A stretch of DNA of 63,252 nucleotides, filler included, from Folioceros fuciformis (Eukaryota), in the NCBI GenBank assembly GCA_049999805.1. It is 15 parts of 15 records of this genome, joined end to end, with 100 filler letters (N's around TTAATTAATTAA, not from the genome) between each part and the next. Parts side by side here need not be neighbours in the genome. Positions count along the whole stretch, not along the records: positions 1 to 4,804 come from JBNGIO010002218.1; positions 4,905 to 7,749 come from JBNGIO010002219.1; positions 7,850 to 11,140 come from JBNGIO010002220.1; positions 11,241 to 14,364 come from JBNGIO010002222.1; 11 more parts are not named here. One strand, written 5' to 3'. Made by a program: the position numbers and the translations under genes. The notes beneath the pieces are model-generated. The model made no database searches and was not told the DNA's origin. It saw only the letters and a list, made by a program, of their open reading frames with translations. Shown in pieces: positions 1 through 12,523 of the stretch. Each line of letters starts with the position of its first letter. Positions within the stretch are counted from its first letter, which is position 1.

Positions 1-71
1 TTGGTATTCTAATAGTATGCCTGGGAGGTGTAGGTGGAAGAGGCGGTGGAGTCGGGGGCGCTCATGCGCGT

Positions 72-571
72 CTACAATCTTAGACTTATGTCAGGATCGG
101 CTGAGGTAGGTGCACGCGTCTCCGACTCTGGCTTGTGATCTGATTCCGAACAGGCTCGTGTGCGGGATTCTGACGGCTTCGATAGCTGTGATAACAAAGT
201 GTTAATATGTTCCAGAGATTTGCAGAAGGTATTTCTTACGGCGTCCACAGCATCAACTAAGTCCTCGAGTTGAAGACAGAGGGCTCCGTGATGCCTGCCT
301 TCATGAATTGCCTCGGACTTAGTCAGGTATGTCAATTCTAGCAACCGATCCACCTTGACCTGGAGATCTTGGATTGCCTGCTGATCTAGAGAGCTTTCCC
401 TTGCATGACTGAAAGGACAACGCGCTCTGTATTTAGAAAGCGCCTGTGCTGCTGCTGCCGGCTCTAGGTACGGTTGAACTCTTCAGCCCGTGCGAGCCAA
501 TCAAGATTGTAAGTTCTTGGAGTTCTTCGTGATCCGTGACTTCGAGTCCAGCTAAACGTGTCGTGTGACAT
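72..571 (-). pseudogene. ORF0 (extra 5' ORF) of copia element, one frameshift near 480
   Basis: ATG at 571 gives MSHDTF..PRTYNLDWLARAEEF. A second frame is open from 482 to 72 (QQAIQDLQVKVDRLLELTY..LQLEDLVDAVDAVRNTF), helical or heptad-like. Confidence 0.5.
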
Positions 572-659
572 AATTGCGCAGCAGCACTTATAGATGCAAG
601 AGGTCGTCGGCGATGATAGGTATGCTAGGTTCACAACATGGCCCAGATTGCCTGTTGAG

Positions 660-671
660 GCTCTGATACCA
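660..671 (-). other. Primer binding site (tRNA-iMet)
   Basis: GCTCTGATACCA is the reverse complement of TGGTATCAGAGC. Confidence 0.9.
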
Positions 672-824
672 TGAGCGACAGTGCTTTCACGCAAACACAC
701 ACTTCTATTGATAGAATGAATCCATTACATAGGAAGGCAGTTGGCTGTTGGATAACTAACTCGCTAAATAAATTGTTTCACATTTCTAACAGCTAAGAAA
801 TACGTAAAGCATCAACTACTTTCA

Positions 825-3653
825 CAAGGAGGATTAAGCACAGCTCGTTCATCGAAAGCAACTGTCCGAGCATGGACAACACGTCGGGAAACAGGTTCAA
901 AGAGTTTATACCCGTGAATCCGAGGTGTGTAACCTATAAACACATGTCATCTGGACTTGAATGCAAATTTCTGTCTAAGCTTGTCTAGGATATGGGCGTA
1001 GGCTGTGCTTCCAAAGACCCGAAGATGAGCAACATCGGGCTTGACTCCTGTCCATGACTCAAAGGGCGTGCTCTTCGAAAGGGAAGACACAGAGGTGCGA
1101 TTCTGCAAATAGGTTGCCACCTGAATAGCTTCAGCCTAGAAGTGTATAGGTAACCTCCCCTAGAATAGAAGAGCTCGAGCAACATCCTAAATTGTTTTGT
1201 GTCTTCGTTTAGCTCTGCCATTCATATCTGAGTGGTATGGAAGTGTAAGCTGTCTAGTAATGCCACGTTCTTGACAAAATTCCTGAAACGCATGTGACAG
1301 ATATTCCTTCCCATTATTCGAACGGATGCATTTCAACTGAAAGCTTGTCTGACGTTCGGCATATGCCAGGTATCTTTTAAAGCTGTCAAATACATCACTC
1401 TTATGTTTCAACAGCTCAGTTATTGTGAAATGGGTGTGATCATCCTCAAACACCACAAAGTATCTAGCTCCTCCCCAACTTGGTGTAGACATTGGACCAC
1501 ATATATCAGTATGCACTAAATCCAGCACTTGCGTTTGTCTCCTAGGCTTACTAGATCCAAAATGAGATTTAAATTGTTTACCGTGCACACAAGCAACACA
1601 AAGATCTAGATCTGGTAAGTTTGACTCAGAGAAACCTGTCACCATCTTTTCTTTGAGCAAACGTCTCATAGCGTGAATATTTGGATGTCCCAACCTACAG
1701 TGCCACTTAAACGCTAGGGTAGACTTACTAACTGTCGTGCAGACTGCGGAGAGACATCAGATACAAAATCAAGTATATACAAGTCATATAAGGGGGGTGC
1801 ATCTAGCAATGACATCTGTGGGTGTATCTGCTCTCATTATAATACACTGTAGACCTTCAAACAAAATTCTGTACAGGCCTATCTTTCCCAAAGCCATAGT
1901 ACTCACGAGATTCTTCTTCAATGCTGGAACATGCAACACATTTTCTAACTCCCAAGTTTTGCCATTTGGCAGAGTAATGACAACTTTTCCTATCCCTCTA
2001 ATAGGAATGTGGGAATTATCTCCCAGAACAACAACATGCTCGCTTGGAGCCTCTCTGTAGTTGAGAAAAGACTTCTTAGAAGAACACATGTGGTTAGAAG
2101 CCCCACTATCTAGGAACCACTAGTTCTTACTAGTTGTGATTGAGGAGAGACAAGACACAAGTAAACCAGGTGTGGTTGCTCTTATCACATGTATTTCGTG
2201 TTGTTTTCCTTTTCCAGCATCATCTCTTTGCTTGATTCTGCAATCTCTTGCCCAATGCCCTAGCTTGTGGCAATAGTTGCACACACTAGGTTTCTTCACT
2301 GACTGCTGTGAACTGAAGTTGGGATCAGGCCTGGACGTTTGTTCTTTGCCTCTACCAGAACCTCCACGTCCACGACCTCTTCCCTTGCCACAACCTCTGC
2401 CGCGACTTGTCCATAAAGCAGTATCACTCTGCTTATGCGAAGAGCTTGAAGAACCCTTGCTGTTCATGTATTTTCTGTTGGCTTTTGCTTGTAGCAGGGC
2501 TCCAACTAACTTCTGAACAGTCAGAGACGTAGTTGCTGGGGTAATAGTTGCTCTTGCCTGAATACTTGAACTCCAAGTTTCATAGCTTGGAGGAAGGGCC
2601 AACAGGAACTGAACGGCAGCCCGACTATCGTCGATGAGGACTCCACATGCAGCAAGCCTGGCTGTTGCTGCCCTGAATTTGGCAACAAAGCCCTTAACTG
2701 ACTCATTTTCTCTCATGCGCAGATTTTGCTAGTGAACAGTGGCTGCTCCAACACAGATCATATCTTTTGCTTCATACATATCATTCAGCAAAGTCCAGAC
2801 ATCGTGTGCATGCTTGGCCAACTTTATGTGAGGAATCATCTCTTGTGAAATAGATCCAACTAGTATGGTTTTCACTTTTCTATCTTTGTGATTCCATTCC
2901 ATTGCATCCTTTTGAGTCCAAGGCACATAATTGACACCACCTGGTGTCAATGTGCTAGATGGCTAACCAGCCACCCTCTCAGGATCAGTACCATCAGTGA
3001 CATCCATCAGAAGTTTTTCCTCAAGAATGCACCGAACCCTAAACGACCAAGCATCAAAATTGTGAGAGGTAAGTCAATCCTTCTCCTGCAGGCGGTCAGA
3101 AGACTGATCTGCCGCCATAAGTGTCTAACTTGCTTTGCTAAGAAGTTGAGGGCCTTAGATCAGCAAGTTGCTCTCTAAGGCTAATGATCTCCGCAACATG
3201 TTTCTTGACTTCCAGTTCCAAACCAAACGCTGAAATCTGCTCTGACGCTCGTTGTTTCTCCAAGCGTTCCAAGCGGGTATTCCCTGTCTATGGGCAGATG
3301 GCCAATTCTGCCTACAGATGACTTTTCTCAGCATCATGCGACCGCTACAAAAGACTATGTCTATTCTGCATTTTGTAAAAATGAATATAACCCATTTTTC
3401 AAGAACTTCAATTGTATGAAGCTCTAAATTAAAAATGAAAACAGAAAGACACAGATCAGAGATGGCCCTGATACCATGTTCACGTATAAAAAATGTGTTC
3501 TACACGTACAACTAGGAAGAATAGAAAATGAAAAGATAGTATCTGGGTCTTGCACGAGTCTCAAAAATAGCATAGGTAGTTATAACTGTCAACTTAACCT
3601 AACTACCTAAGGTTCTAGCTCTAAGCATAGCAATGTAAATTAACTACTCAACA
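825..3653 (-). mobile_element. Decayed Ty1/copia element: 5' LTR, PBS, gag (zinc knuckle), protease, integrase
   Basis: gag ATG about 3118; CNYCHKLGHWARDC; WFLDSGASNHM; GAG-pre-integrase WHCRLGH; rve DLVHTDICGP; stops and frameshifts; PBS at 3465-3476. Confidence 0.93.
3477..3653 (-). repeat. 5' LTR (177 bp)
   Basis: TGTT...AACA termini directly adjacent to the PBS. Confidence 0.75.
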
Positions 3654-3699
3654 GTACCCATAACTTTGCTTGTGAGGGAGGGGGTGCTCGAGAAAAAAA

Positions 3700-4804
3700 A
3701 ACCTTGAAAGAGAATTACGTGCACTTATTCAAGCCTAAGTCCTACCTGTGCTAATTACTATGGTCTTGGGTTTGCAGTGAGTAGACGCTGATGGTGGCTT
3801 GCAAGGTATAGCTGCCCTTGATAGCCTTCAATACATGGAGGCCCAATATTGCTTGCTACATGCAACCAACCTCCTTCCTGCTCACTAATGAAAACCACGT
3901 ACCTCGGTATTTGCTCGGCTTTGCTTCAATACCCTACGCTCTACGCCTCTTTGTTAGTTTGAGGAAGTTAGCATCATATTATTGTGAGCTATGTAAAATA
4001 AGTTGAAGAACACTGGCAACAACAACATTTCTTGTGAGTTGGGCCTTTTTGCTCCTATTTTGGCTTCTTGTTTCTTCATTTGTGATGCCTGCAATTTGGA
4101 ATCTTTCATCCTTGGTGTTGAAGAGGGTGCCCTCCCTTTGCAGGTGTGCCTAGGATTGGCTAAGGACTCTCTTTCTTCTATGGCTAGGATTGCTATGGCT
4201 TAATTTTCATCCTTTCTTGTAACGGGAATTCGGGGGCTCCAAGCCTCTCTTCTCAAAAAGGAAAACGCGCAAATGCAGCTCAATCTTCTTTGGGATTCTT
4301 TTATCTCGAGGCCCGTTCGGGTGCGGCTTCGTTTGCGCTCAGGAAAGGGTGCAAGCTCTTGGCTTGACCTAACATCCAAGCTTTCCAAATCACACCAACT
4401 ACATTCTTTACTGCGATGAGGTTTCGCCTTGGTTTGGTCCGATCTTTGGCATGCTCTCTCTCCTCTTGTAGTTGTGAGGCGCCTCTAAACAACTCTGGTA
4501 CTCATCTTGGCTGTTGCCCGGTTGGGAACCAACGGATTGCTACGCACAACGCCATGCATGATGTCATGTTTTCATTGGCTAAGGAGGCCGGCTTTCTGCC
4601 CTTACACTCTACTTACTGGCGTTCCTCTTCGGGCTGACCTTTCCTTGTTCAGGGAGATCAACAAGTTGTTATTGCTGATGTGGTCGTAAGTGACCCCACA
4701 TGAGTGACAGTCTGCGAGCATGTTGTGCTCAACTCTTCGGGTTGGGTAATACAGGGGAGTACATTGGCCAAGGTTCATAAGAACACCTTTGTACAGGCTG
4801 GACA
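3700..4804 (+). mobile_element. Non-LTR retrotransposon remnant with restriction-like endonuclease (CRE-like clade)
   Basis: MRFRLG..CSCEAPLNNSGTHLGCC..RIATHNAMHD..AKEAG followed by RADL..IADVVVSDP. This matches a CCHC + RH(N/D) + PD-(D/E)xK RLE signature. Heavily decayed; left boundary approximate. Confidence 0.65.
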
Positions 4805-4904
4805 NNNNNNNNNNNNNNNNNNNNNNNNNNNNNNNNNNNNNNNNNNNNTTAATTAATTAANNNNNNNNNNNNNNNNNNNNNNNNNNNNNNNNNNNNNNNN
4901 NNNN
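4805..4904. other. Artificial contig linker N44-TTAATTAATTAA-N44 (first of 14)
   Basis: Identical 100-bp linkers start at 4805, 7750, 11141, 14365, 26519, 33431, 37246, 40736, 43414, 47307, 49214, 53627, 59118 and 61605. The core puts stops in all six frames. Confidence 0.98.
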
Positions 4905-5580
4905 GATGAGTGGAGAAGAGAGAGCAAAGAGGGTGAGATCCTAGGGCGAGGTGAGTAACGTGTCTGGGGTATAATGAGGTGTGGCAGGTGACTGATCGCG
5001 GTGAGCCTGGAGAGGTTGTGAAGAAGTTGAATTGAGACCGCAGAGGGTGTATCTAAGGTGTGAGATCCCTCGGGTGGAAGGCGACCGGCAGATTGTTGCT
5101 GTGTGCATGTGTTTGACCCTGAGGAGTGAGGGGCGGCTTTGTGGAGAACCAAGGAAGGGAAGCGCAAAGGGAATGCGCGGAAAAGAACGGTTGGAAAGGG
5201 ACGACTCGGAGAGAGAGAAAATTCTAGAGAGAGAGAGAGAGGACCCGCGAGTGGTAGCCCGAAAGACAACGGTAGTAGTCCACTGGGGAACGGAGAGTAG
5301 CCCAGTGTGCAACCAAGAGTAGTCCAGGAGGAGGTAGTCCCTGGAGCGACCGAGTGGTAGGGGAGTCGCCTGGAGGAAGAAGTAAGGGGGCTTGGTAAGG
5401 TCCGAGCACTGGATGAGTGTGTGTGTGGGTCAGTCGAGTTTTAGGTGTTGGTTGACTTTAGAAGCTAACCTGTGTAGTTTAACACAAATCATTCCCTTGG
5501 GATCGAATCCCAGAGCTACAACGACATAGAGGGCTTGTGTGGACCTCGCGGTACCCCCGGGTACCATATTTTAACCCCAC
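4905..5580 (+). repeat. 3' part of a long LTR-like repeat (Ty3/Athila-like U5 end)
   Basis: CATTCCCTTGGGATCGAATCCC..TGTGGACCTCGCGGT..TATTTTAACCCCACA matches 46544-46634. Confidence 0.6.
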
Positions 5581-5689
5581 AGGTTCCGTCTTGCACATTC
5601 AGCATTTGTATCTATATCCTAGTGTTGTTTCCCACTACTCTGCATGTCACATATTGTAGCACAATCTGCTGCAAGTGAGGGCAATCCAT

Positions 5690-5990
5690 GTCCAGAAAAT
5701 GGAAGATTCTGATTCGAAGAGATTGCAGCAAAGACTTGCAGCAATCTGGGTTTGAAAGGAGTTGCATGACACACACAGCTTGGTGAGTCAGTAAGTTACG
5801 CCATGAACTACAACACTGGAATCAAAGGCAGTGAAAACGTTCTTCGTCCTAGCTCCCAATTCCAGATAACACAAAAATAGGGTTTGAGCTGCCTTCCCCA
5901 AGCTATAGCGCTGCGCGGCGACCTTAGGGATCCCCCCTAAGGAGAGGGTAAACATCTGGTGTTTCTTTCAAGCTTGCTTGCCTAACGCAG
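5690..5990. repeat. Dispersed repeat of unknown class
   Basis: Clearly alignable to 41878-42170. Confidence 0.8.
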
Positions 5991-5994
5991 ACTG

Positions 5995-7252
5995 ATGGGA
6001 TGGGCTGTTGGTTGCCACGAGGGAGGAGTGCTGCAGGTTATGCAACGTTGGCGCTTCTCATAAAAGCCAACACATTTTCTTTCAGTGCGAATATACACAA
6101 GGTATCTGGAACGAAGTTGGCTAGTGGCTACAGAGACTTCTTCCAGAGAGAGCCATCTTGGTTACTAAGCAAACTGCCTTGTTCGGGCTGGAAAGATAGT
6201 CGGGGAGGACACTTCTGCAATTCCAATGGTGGGGCGTGGTTTGGTCCATGTCACTGTTCTCCTTATGGCAAAATTGGACGGCAATGGTCTATGGCGGGAG
6301 TGAGCCGGTGGCTAGGAAAACTCTGTTATGGTCTATATGGGAACATGTACTTGTGGTCGCAGAAAGTATTCGAACGTCCGGGCACACTAAGTTCAGGCGG
6401 AAAGAGTGGAAACTAGCAAGCTTCCTCCGGCACAACGACCAATGGGACCACTCCTACCCGTGGAGCAGGCAAGTCTCTCAAGGGCCGGGTGGCTCTCGGC
6501 CATAGGATATTTCAGCTTTGCTCGCTTATGCAGCCTAGACTTAGAGTGCAGGCTTACGTCCCATTCAGTTGAATACGCAATTGCTATGCCTTGTTGTAGC
6601 CTTAATGGCGAATAATCAGAATTTTTCTTTGCTAAAAAAAGAGAGTTCCTCATCAAATATATAGAAACGCCAAGGCAACTACAATTGGTGCGGACTGCCT
6701 GGTCATTGGGCTCGTGAATGTCGCAAAAAGAAAGCGGGAAAATCTCAAAGTGTAGCACCTCGCCCGGCAACTGCGAATTCAACAACTCAACAAAATAAAG
6801 ATAAGCATACATTGGATTTCTCAACACCAAATTCAGGCAAGCCAGTTGTAAAGATTCTAACTATATGTCTTAAGGTTGAAAGTTGGTACTTGGACAGTGG
6901 GGCAACAGCGTACATCTGTCGGGACGAGTCTCTTTTCACTTGCCTTACTTTTTCTTCTGCTCCAGACAGAGTCTACCTTGGTGATGAGAGTAGTGCCACT
7001 AGTCTAAGTATCTTAGGATCTGGAACCTGCAAGTTCCTGTTGCATGATGACTCTGAGTTAGTGCTTCCACATGTCTTATATGTCCCAAAGATGGCAAAAA
7101 CCTTGATGTCCTTGAGCAAACTCATGAAAATGAAAAGTTTAGTACTTACTGTATCAGGGACTGTATGTTGCTTCTCTAGACGTAGTGCTCTTGATATCTG
7201 TATCTTTAAGGCCTTCTTGGAGTCAGAGTTGTATTGCCTAGACATTTCTTGT
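5995..7252 (+). pseudogene. Copia gag-protease remnant
   Basis: NWCGLPGHWARECRKKK zinc knuckle near 6683-6735; WYLDSGATAYIC protease in ORF 6812-7294; truncated by an LTR insertion. Confidence 0.85.
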
Positions 7253-7749
7253 TGTGAACCTCCAAAGTTTGGGGTAGTAGTTTGTTTTGGTTGAAACGGG
7301 TTAATAGTGGTATGGTTTGGTTTTCTTTTTCAACTTATTTTCCCTAATTTTCCTTGATTTTCTGATCATTTTTCCTATTTTTCTTTGTGCTAATTGGGTT
7401 AATTGACCAGGAAATAGTTGGTTTGGTTATAAGCGTGGGTATAGGTTTCGTCCCAGACCTGGGAAGGTTTAGGTTCGGTACCAGGCCATAGGGTTGGGTG
7501 ATTAGTTTAATATTAATTAAAGATATATAATATTAAATGATTAAATAATAATATAAGAATATTAAATAATATAATAATATAATAATGGTTTGAACATAGG
7601 AACGGGTTTCTGGGTATGTCAGTGTCAGGGGTCAAGGTCTGACGATAGGCTAGCTGATTGCTTGGCTGACATGAACGGCTGTGGAGGCGATGTCCTAGCT
7701 AGAGCTAGAGGCAGGGGTTGCAGCCGCCCCCATCTCTTTTCCCCCTTTC
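7253..7749 (+). repeat. LTR-like repeat starting TGTGAACCTCC (truncated by contig end)
   Basis: Near-identical start at 61483; both copies begin with TG and interrupt copia coding sequence. Confidence 0.7.
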
Positions 7750-8209
7750 NNNNNNNNNNNNNNNNNNNNNNNNNNNNNNNNNNNNNNNNNNNNTTAATTA
7801 ATTAANNNNNNNNNNNNNNNNNNNNNNNNNNNNNNNNNNNNNNNNNNNNACATGAAGCAAATAGAAGCCTAGTAGATATAGCAACAGGTGGGAGTGTTGA
7901 AATAGCCCTTATTAGTATATTCTCTATATCAACTAGGGTTAGGGCACGTTTCATAATTTAATTATTATATAGGTGCAACTTATGAAAAGGTGCACCCATT
8001 GATGGTAGTTATAGCCCTAATTTGGTAGTTACTATTTAAGACATATTTTTCTTTTATTATTGTTGTACTTCATGAATCATTCAATAGAATGTATATATTT
8101 TACAATTAGCTCAATGCTTTGATTATAGCAATTCCTAAAATTAAAATAAAATAGAGCATGATCCATAGTTGCCTTCACATAGCGCAACGTTCACCTTGCT
8201 ACATCCAAA

Positions 8210-8970
8210 TGTGGCTTTCTTGGTGCCTGCATAAACTAACTCTACAGTCCCACTGTATAGTTTAAATCTGGTCTGGATAGAGTGAGATATATCAAGCTAC
8301 CCACAATCTTCCTGTACATTGTTAGATCTTCAAGTGCTTCACCATCATGAGCAATGAGCTTCAGATTTTGATCCAAAGGAATCGAGATTGGCTTGCACTC
8401 AGCCATACAATACTTAGTTAGTACATCCGACGCATACTTCTGCTGTGACAGCCAAATGCCTGTGTTGGTTCATATAATTTCAATGCCCAAGAAGAACCTC
8501 AGTTCACCTAGGTCCGTCATCTCTACACGCATACAACGAATGATCTGCATCTTCCATGTTGAATCCAATATGAATCAGATGCTGAGCAAAACACTCATGC
8601 CAAGCCCTCGGGGCTTGCTTCAGTCCATACAACGTTTTTTCAGCTTGCACACATGATTTGGATGATCCAAATCCTAATAACCTGGTGGCTGGTCAATGTA
8701 TACTTCTTCCAACAATTCTCCATATAAGAACGCATTCTTCACATCCATATGATGTAGGACCCAATCTTTCGATGCTGCTAGTGCGATCACAATTCGAATT
8801 GTTGCCATTTGGCAACTGGTTTGAACGTCTCCTCAAAATCTATTCCATATGCCTGGGCATATCCCTTGGCCACAAGCCTTGCCTTGTACTCGCTAACACT
8901 ACCATCTGCGTTGTGTTTGACCTTGAACACCCATTTGCAACCTATTGGTTTCTTACCTTCAGGTAGTTGT
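8210..8970 (-). pseudogene. Copia reverse transcriptase fragment
   Basis: [39 protein letters not shown]; decayed. Confidence 0.88.
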
Positions 8971-9420
8971 TGTTGAAATAGCACCACTAGCGTAGATGGA
9001 CTCCACAGTACATTCTTATGGTGCACAAGATGCTACATATATAGCCTTCAGGCGGGGCAACCTCGATAAGGTAAGCCTTAGTCTCGAGGGTGCAATATCA
9101 TGATAACACTTAGGTGGTAGATAACTACGAGTTCAATATGGGATAATCTACACTATCCTAAGTGTTGTATGCTCTTAATAACAATTTAGTTAGAGCTTGA
9201 TTTCTAACACTCCCCCTCAAGCTCAGACTATTTGTAACACTCCAAGTAGTTCACGAAAGTGTAAGAACTTATCTCTACCTAGCGACTTAGTAAAGATATC
9301 TTCTACCTGGTCTTCGGTCTTCACGTGCCGAAGATCTATCTTCTTAGATAATACCACTTCCTTGATGAAATGATAATGTACTTCTATGTGCTTCGAACGA
9401 GCATGAAACACAAGATTAGT
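8971..9420 (-). mobile_element. Copia 3' end: RNase H tail, PPT and 239-bp LTR (8971-9209)
   Basis: FHARSKHIEVHYHFIKE; PPT TTGAGGGGGAG at 9210-9220; TGTT..AACA LTR interrupting the RT fragment. Confidence 0.8.
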
Positions 9421-9421
9421 A

Positions 9422-11140
9422 GCATGGTGAAGGAGAGGAGAGGAGGAGGCAAGGAGGAGAGGTCACACTCTCACAATAGAGTCTCTAATAGCAAGAGAGC
9501 TCAAGGGGGTATTTATACCCTCTAGAAGAGCTCCCTATGAAGCTTCACAAGAAGCGCACAGGAAGTTGCGCAAGAAGCTTCCTACACATTAGCTTAAGCT
9601 AATCTAAACTAATGATACTTAACTAGACACTATTCTTAGACTAAACACATTAGTCTAATCACATTGGATTTTAATAACCCTACAACCTCCCCCTTAAAGG
9701 CCAATTTACCTTCATAGGAGAGCGGTCTACCTCATGCCCATGAGTGTCCGAGCTTGTGCGAATTGCTCCGAAGAGAGCCCCTTTGTAAGAACATCTGCAG
9801 GGTTCTGACTGGTGTAAACTTTGACAAGTTGTACCCTCTTGTCTTCCAACACCTCTCGAATGAAGTGATACTTCACTTTCACATGTTTGGTCTTCGCATG
9901 AAACACTGGATTCTTTGCCAATTGGATAGCACTTTGGCTATCACAATGCAATACTGGCAGCTCAACCTTGATCCCCAAATCTCCCACTAAACGAGCAAGC
10001 CACACGGCTTCCTTGCACGCCTCAATTGTTGCAACAAACTCGGCCTCTATGGTAGATAGCGTTATGCACGATTGAAAACGCGATCGCCATGAGACTGCCC
10101 CTCTAGTGCACATGAAGGAATAACTTGATGTGGACCTCCTTTTGTCCATATCCCCTACATAATCAGCATCTGTATATCCCACAGCAGATGCATCTTCACT
10201 ACCAAAACATAAGCACAAAGCTTTCGTACCATTCAAGTACCTCATAACTCCTTTCACTGCCTCCCAATGCTTCCAGCCAGGGTTTGACATAAACCTGCTA
10301 ACCACTCCCACTGCAAAGGCAATGTCAGGACGTGTAGCAATCATTGCATACATCAAACTCCCTACAGCTGATGAGTATGGAAATTTCTCCATTTCAGCTT
10401 TGTCCTCCGTAGAGCTTGGGCAATCCTTGCTCGACAGTTTCACATATGAAGGCAATGGAGTACTCAGTACCTTCCCCTTCTCCACATTGAAACGTTGAAG
10501 CACCTTGTTAATGTATTCAGTGTGAGACAAGTAAAGCAAATGCTTCTATCTGTCTCGACGAATGCGCATGCCAAGATTAGGGCTTGCCTCTCCCAAGTCT
10601 GTCATGTCAAAACGACCATTCAACTTTTACTTCAACACTGAAATCTCATCACTGTTAGTCCCAACAATTAGCATATCATCCACGTAGAGGACCAGAATGA
10701 GCAAGCTTGCATCCTTAGCTTGCTTCGTATAGAGGCAAAGATCCTCATCGCTACGTTTGTAGCCTTGAGAAAGCATAAATGAGTAGAACTTGAAATACCA
10801 CTCCCTGGGTGCCTGCAACATACCTGTTAGGAGGATGTGAGATCCTTCCTGACCTACGAAGTACTGGCGTCTCGACTGGAGCTGGTTGCACTCTCTCCTC
10901 TTGTACAAGGGGAGGAACTTGTGCCTGCACATCACGACATTCAACCTGTGCGGGACGGTCAAGTCCATCTTCTTGAAAGACCACTCGTCGCACCTCCACA
11001 GTTGGAGTAGGCTTCTTGTGCATCTTGGTCTCATTGAAGAACACGTCATTGCTACAAACCGTCCTCTTGGCCTTTGGATCCCACATACGGTATCCCATCT
11101 CACCAGATTCACCATAGCCAAGAAAAATACATTTCTTGGA
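9422..11140 (-). mobile_element. Tnt1-like copia copy (integrase tail, internally deleted RT, RNase H, PPT, partial 3' LTR)
   Basis: Close paralog of 16765-19160; YVDD; GYTDADY; PPT just outside the LTR start at about 9685. Confidence 0.93.
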
Positions 11141-11316
11141 NNNNNNNNNNNNNNNNNNNNNNNNNNNNNNNNNNNNNNNNNNNNTTAATTAATTAANNNN
11201 NNNNNNNNNNNNNNNNNNNNNNNNNNNNNNNNNNNNNNNNGGTTATATATAGTTATTAGTTGTAACTGTTTCTAGATGTTTTTATGTCCTTTGACATACA
11301 CACACATTATTAGTAT

Positions 11317-12523
11317 TCAAGTTATGTAGACTCTATTGTGCATGGCCAGCGTTGTGTAAAACTCTACAGTTGCTTCAGTCTGCTGCCAATGGATGCCCTC
11401 CAAAAACTGACAAACCCATGTAATTTCTCGTGCAGCTAAGGAAAGTGCTCCATACTCAACTTCAGTGGACGATAAGCTGATAGTAGACAACTTCTTAGAC
11501 TGCCAACTAATAGCCGAGCCTTGGAGGTGAACACAATGTGCTGCAATTGATTTCCTCGAATCAACATCCCCAGCCCAGTCGGCATCTGAATATGCCATAA
11601 GTGTGTTGTCCCCTTCTCCAATGTAAGTAAGGTACATGTCCTGTGTTCCCTTCAAGTATCTTAATATCCTTTCAACGGCAACCCAATGCTTATGTCCTGG
11701 GTTATGTAGGTATCGTGATACAATTCCAACTGCTAGAGAAATATCAGGGCGTGTCCACCCAGCAAGGTAAAGCAGGCTACCGACAGCCTCTCTATATGTA
11801 ACTATCAGCATAGCTGCTTTTTCAGCATCTGTTGTAGGGCAGTCCTCAACATACAGCTTGTCACTTGTGGAAACAGGGGTGGAAACTGGATTCATAGCCT
11901 GTAAGTTAAACTTGGTAAGTAATTGCCTAATGAAGTGAGATTGATGTGTACATACGTTGGCCATTGTAGGATCGAAAATAACATGGATGCCGAGGGCAAA
12001 TTTCAAAGGGCAAACGTCAGTCATATCCCACTCATGTGACAGCTCTTGTTTGATATTAGTAAGAGTTTCCAAGTCACTGGCAAAAATAAAGTTGTTGTCA
12101 ACATAAAGTGCTTTAATGCAAATCTTGTTGTTCTTATGCCAGACGTATACACTGCAATCTGCAGCTAGTGGAACAAAACCTAGCTCACGGAGCTTTTTGT
12201 CTGCTCTTATATTCCATGCTTGAGCTGACTGCTTGAGACCGTATATAGACTTGAGTAAGTGACACACCTTTGTTGGGTCAGTAACATATCCCTCTGGTTC
12301 TGTCATATAGATAGTTTCAGTAAGATCCCCATTCAAGAAGGCGGTCTTAACATGCATTTGATGGACTAACAGCTTGTGTTTAACACCATAACAGAGAAGG
12401 ATATGTATTGAAGTTGGCTTGACCACTGGACTAAAAGTTTTGGTGTAGTCAAGACCCTGAACTTGGGTGTAACCCCTAACTACTAACCGTGCTTTGTAGC
12501 GTGCAACAGAACCATCTGGGTTA
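11317..12523 (-). pseudogene. Copia RT-RNase H fragment
   Basis: ARYKARLVVRGYTQVQGLDY, KSIYGLKQS, ALYVDN, AYSDADWAGD. Confidence 0.93.

Larger units (their letters stand above)
1..824 (-). mobile_element. Ty1/copia element 5' end (LTR about 672-824, PBS, ORF0 leader), nested in the integrase of the element at 825-3653
   Basis: Reverse-strand PBS TGGTATCAGAGC at 660-671 abuts a TG..CA LTR-like segment. The host integrase C-terminus (FIGY..GYKLFEP..RTVAFDE) resumes at about 845. The right LTR boundary is approximate. Confidence 0.75.

Noticed and set aside
4805-4904. Recurrent TTAATTAATTAA flanked by Ns
   Set aside because: Artificial contig linker; adjacency across linkers has no biological meaning and ORFs ending in X..N are artefacts.
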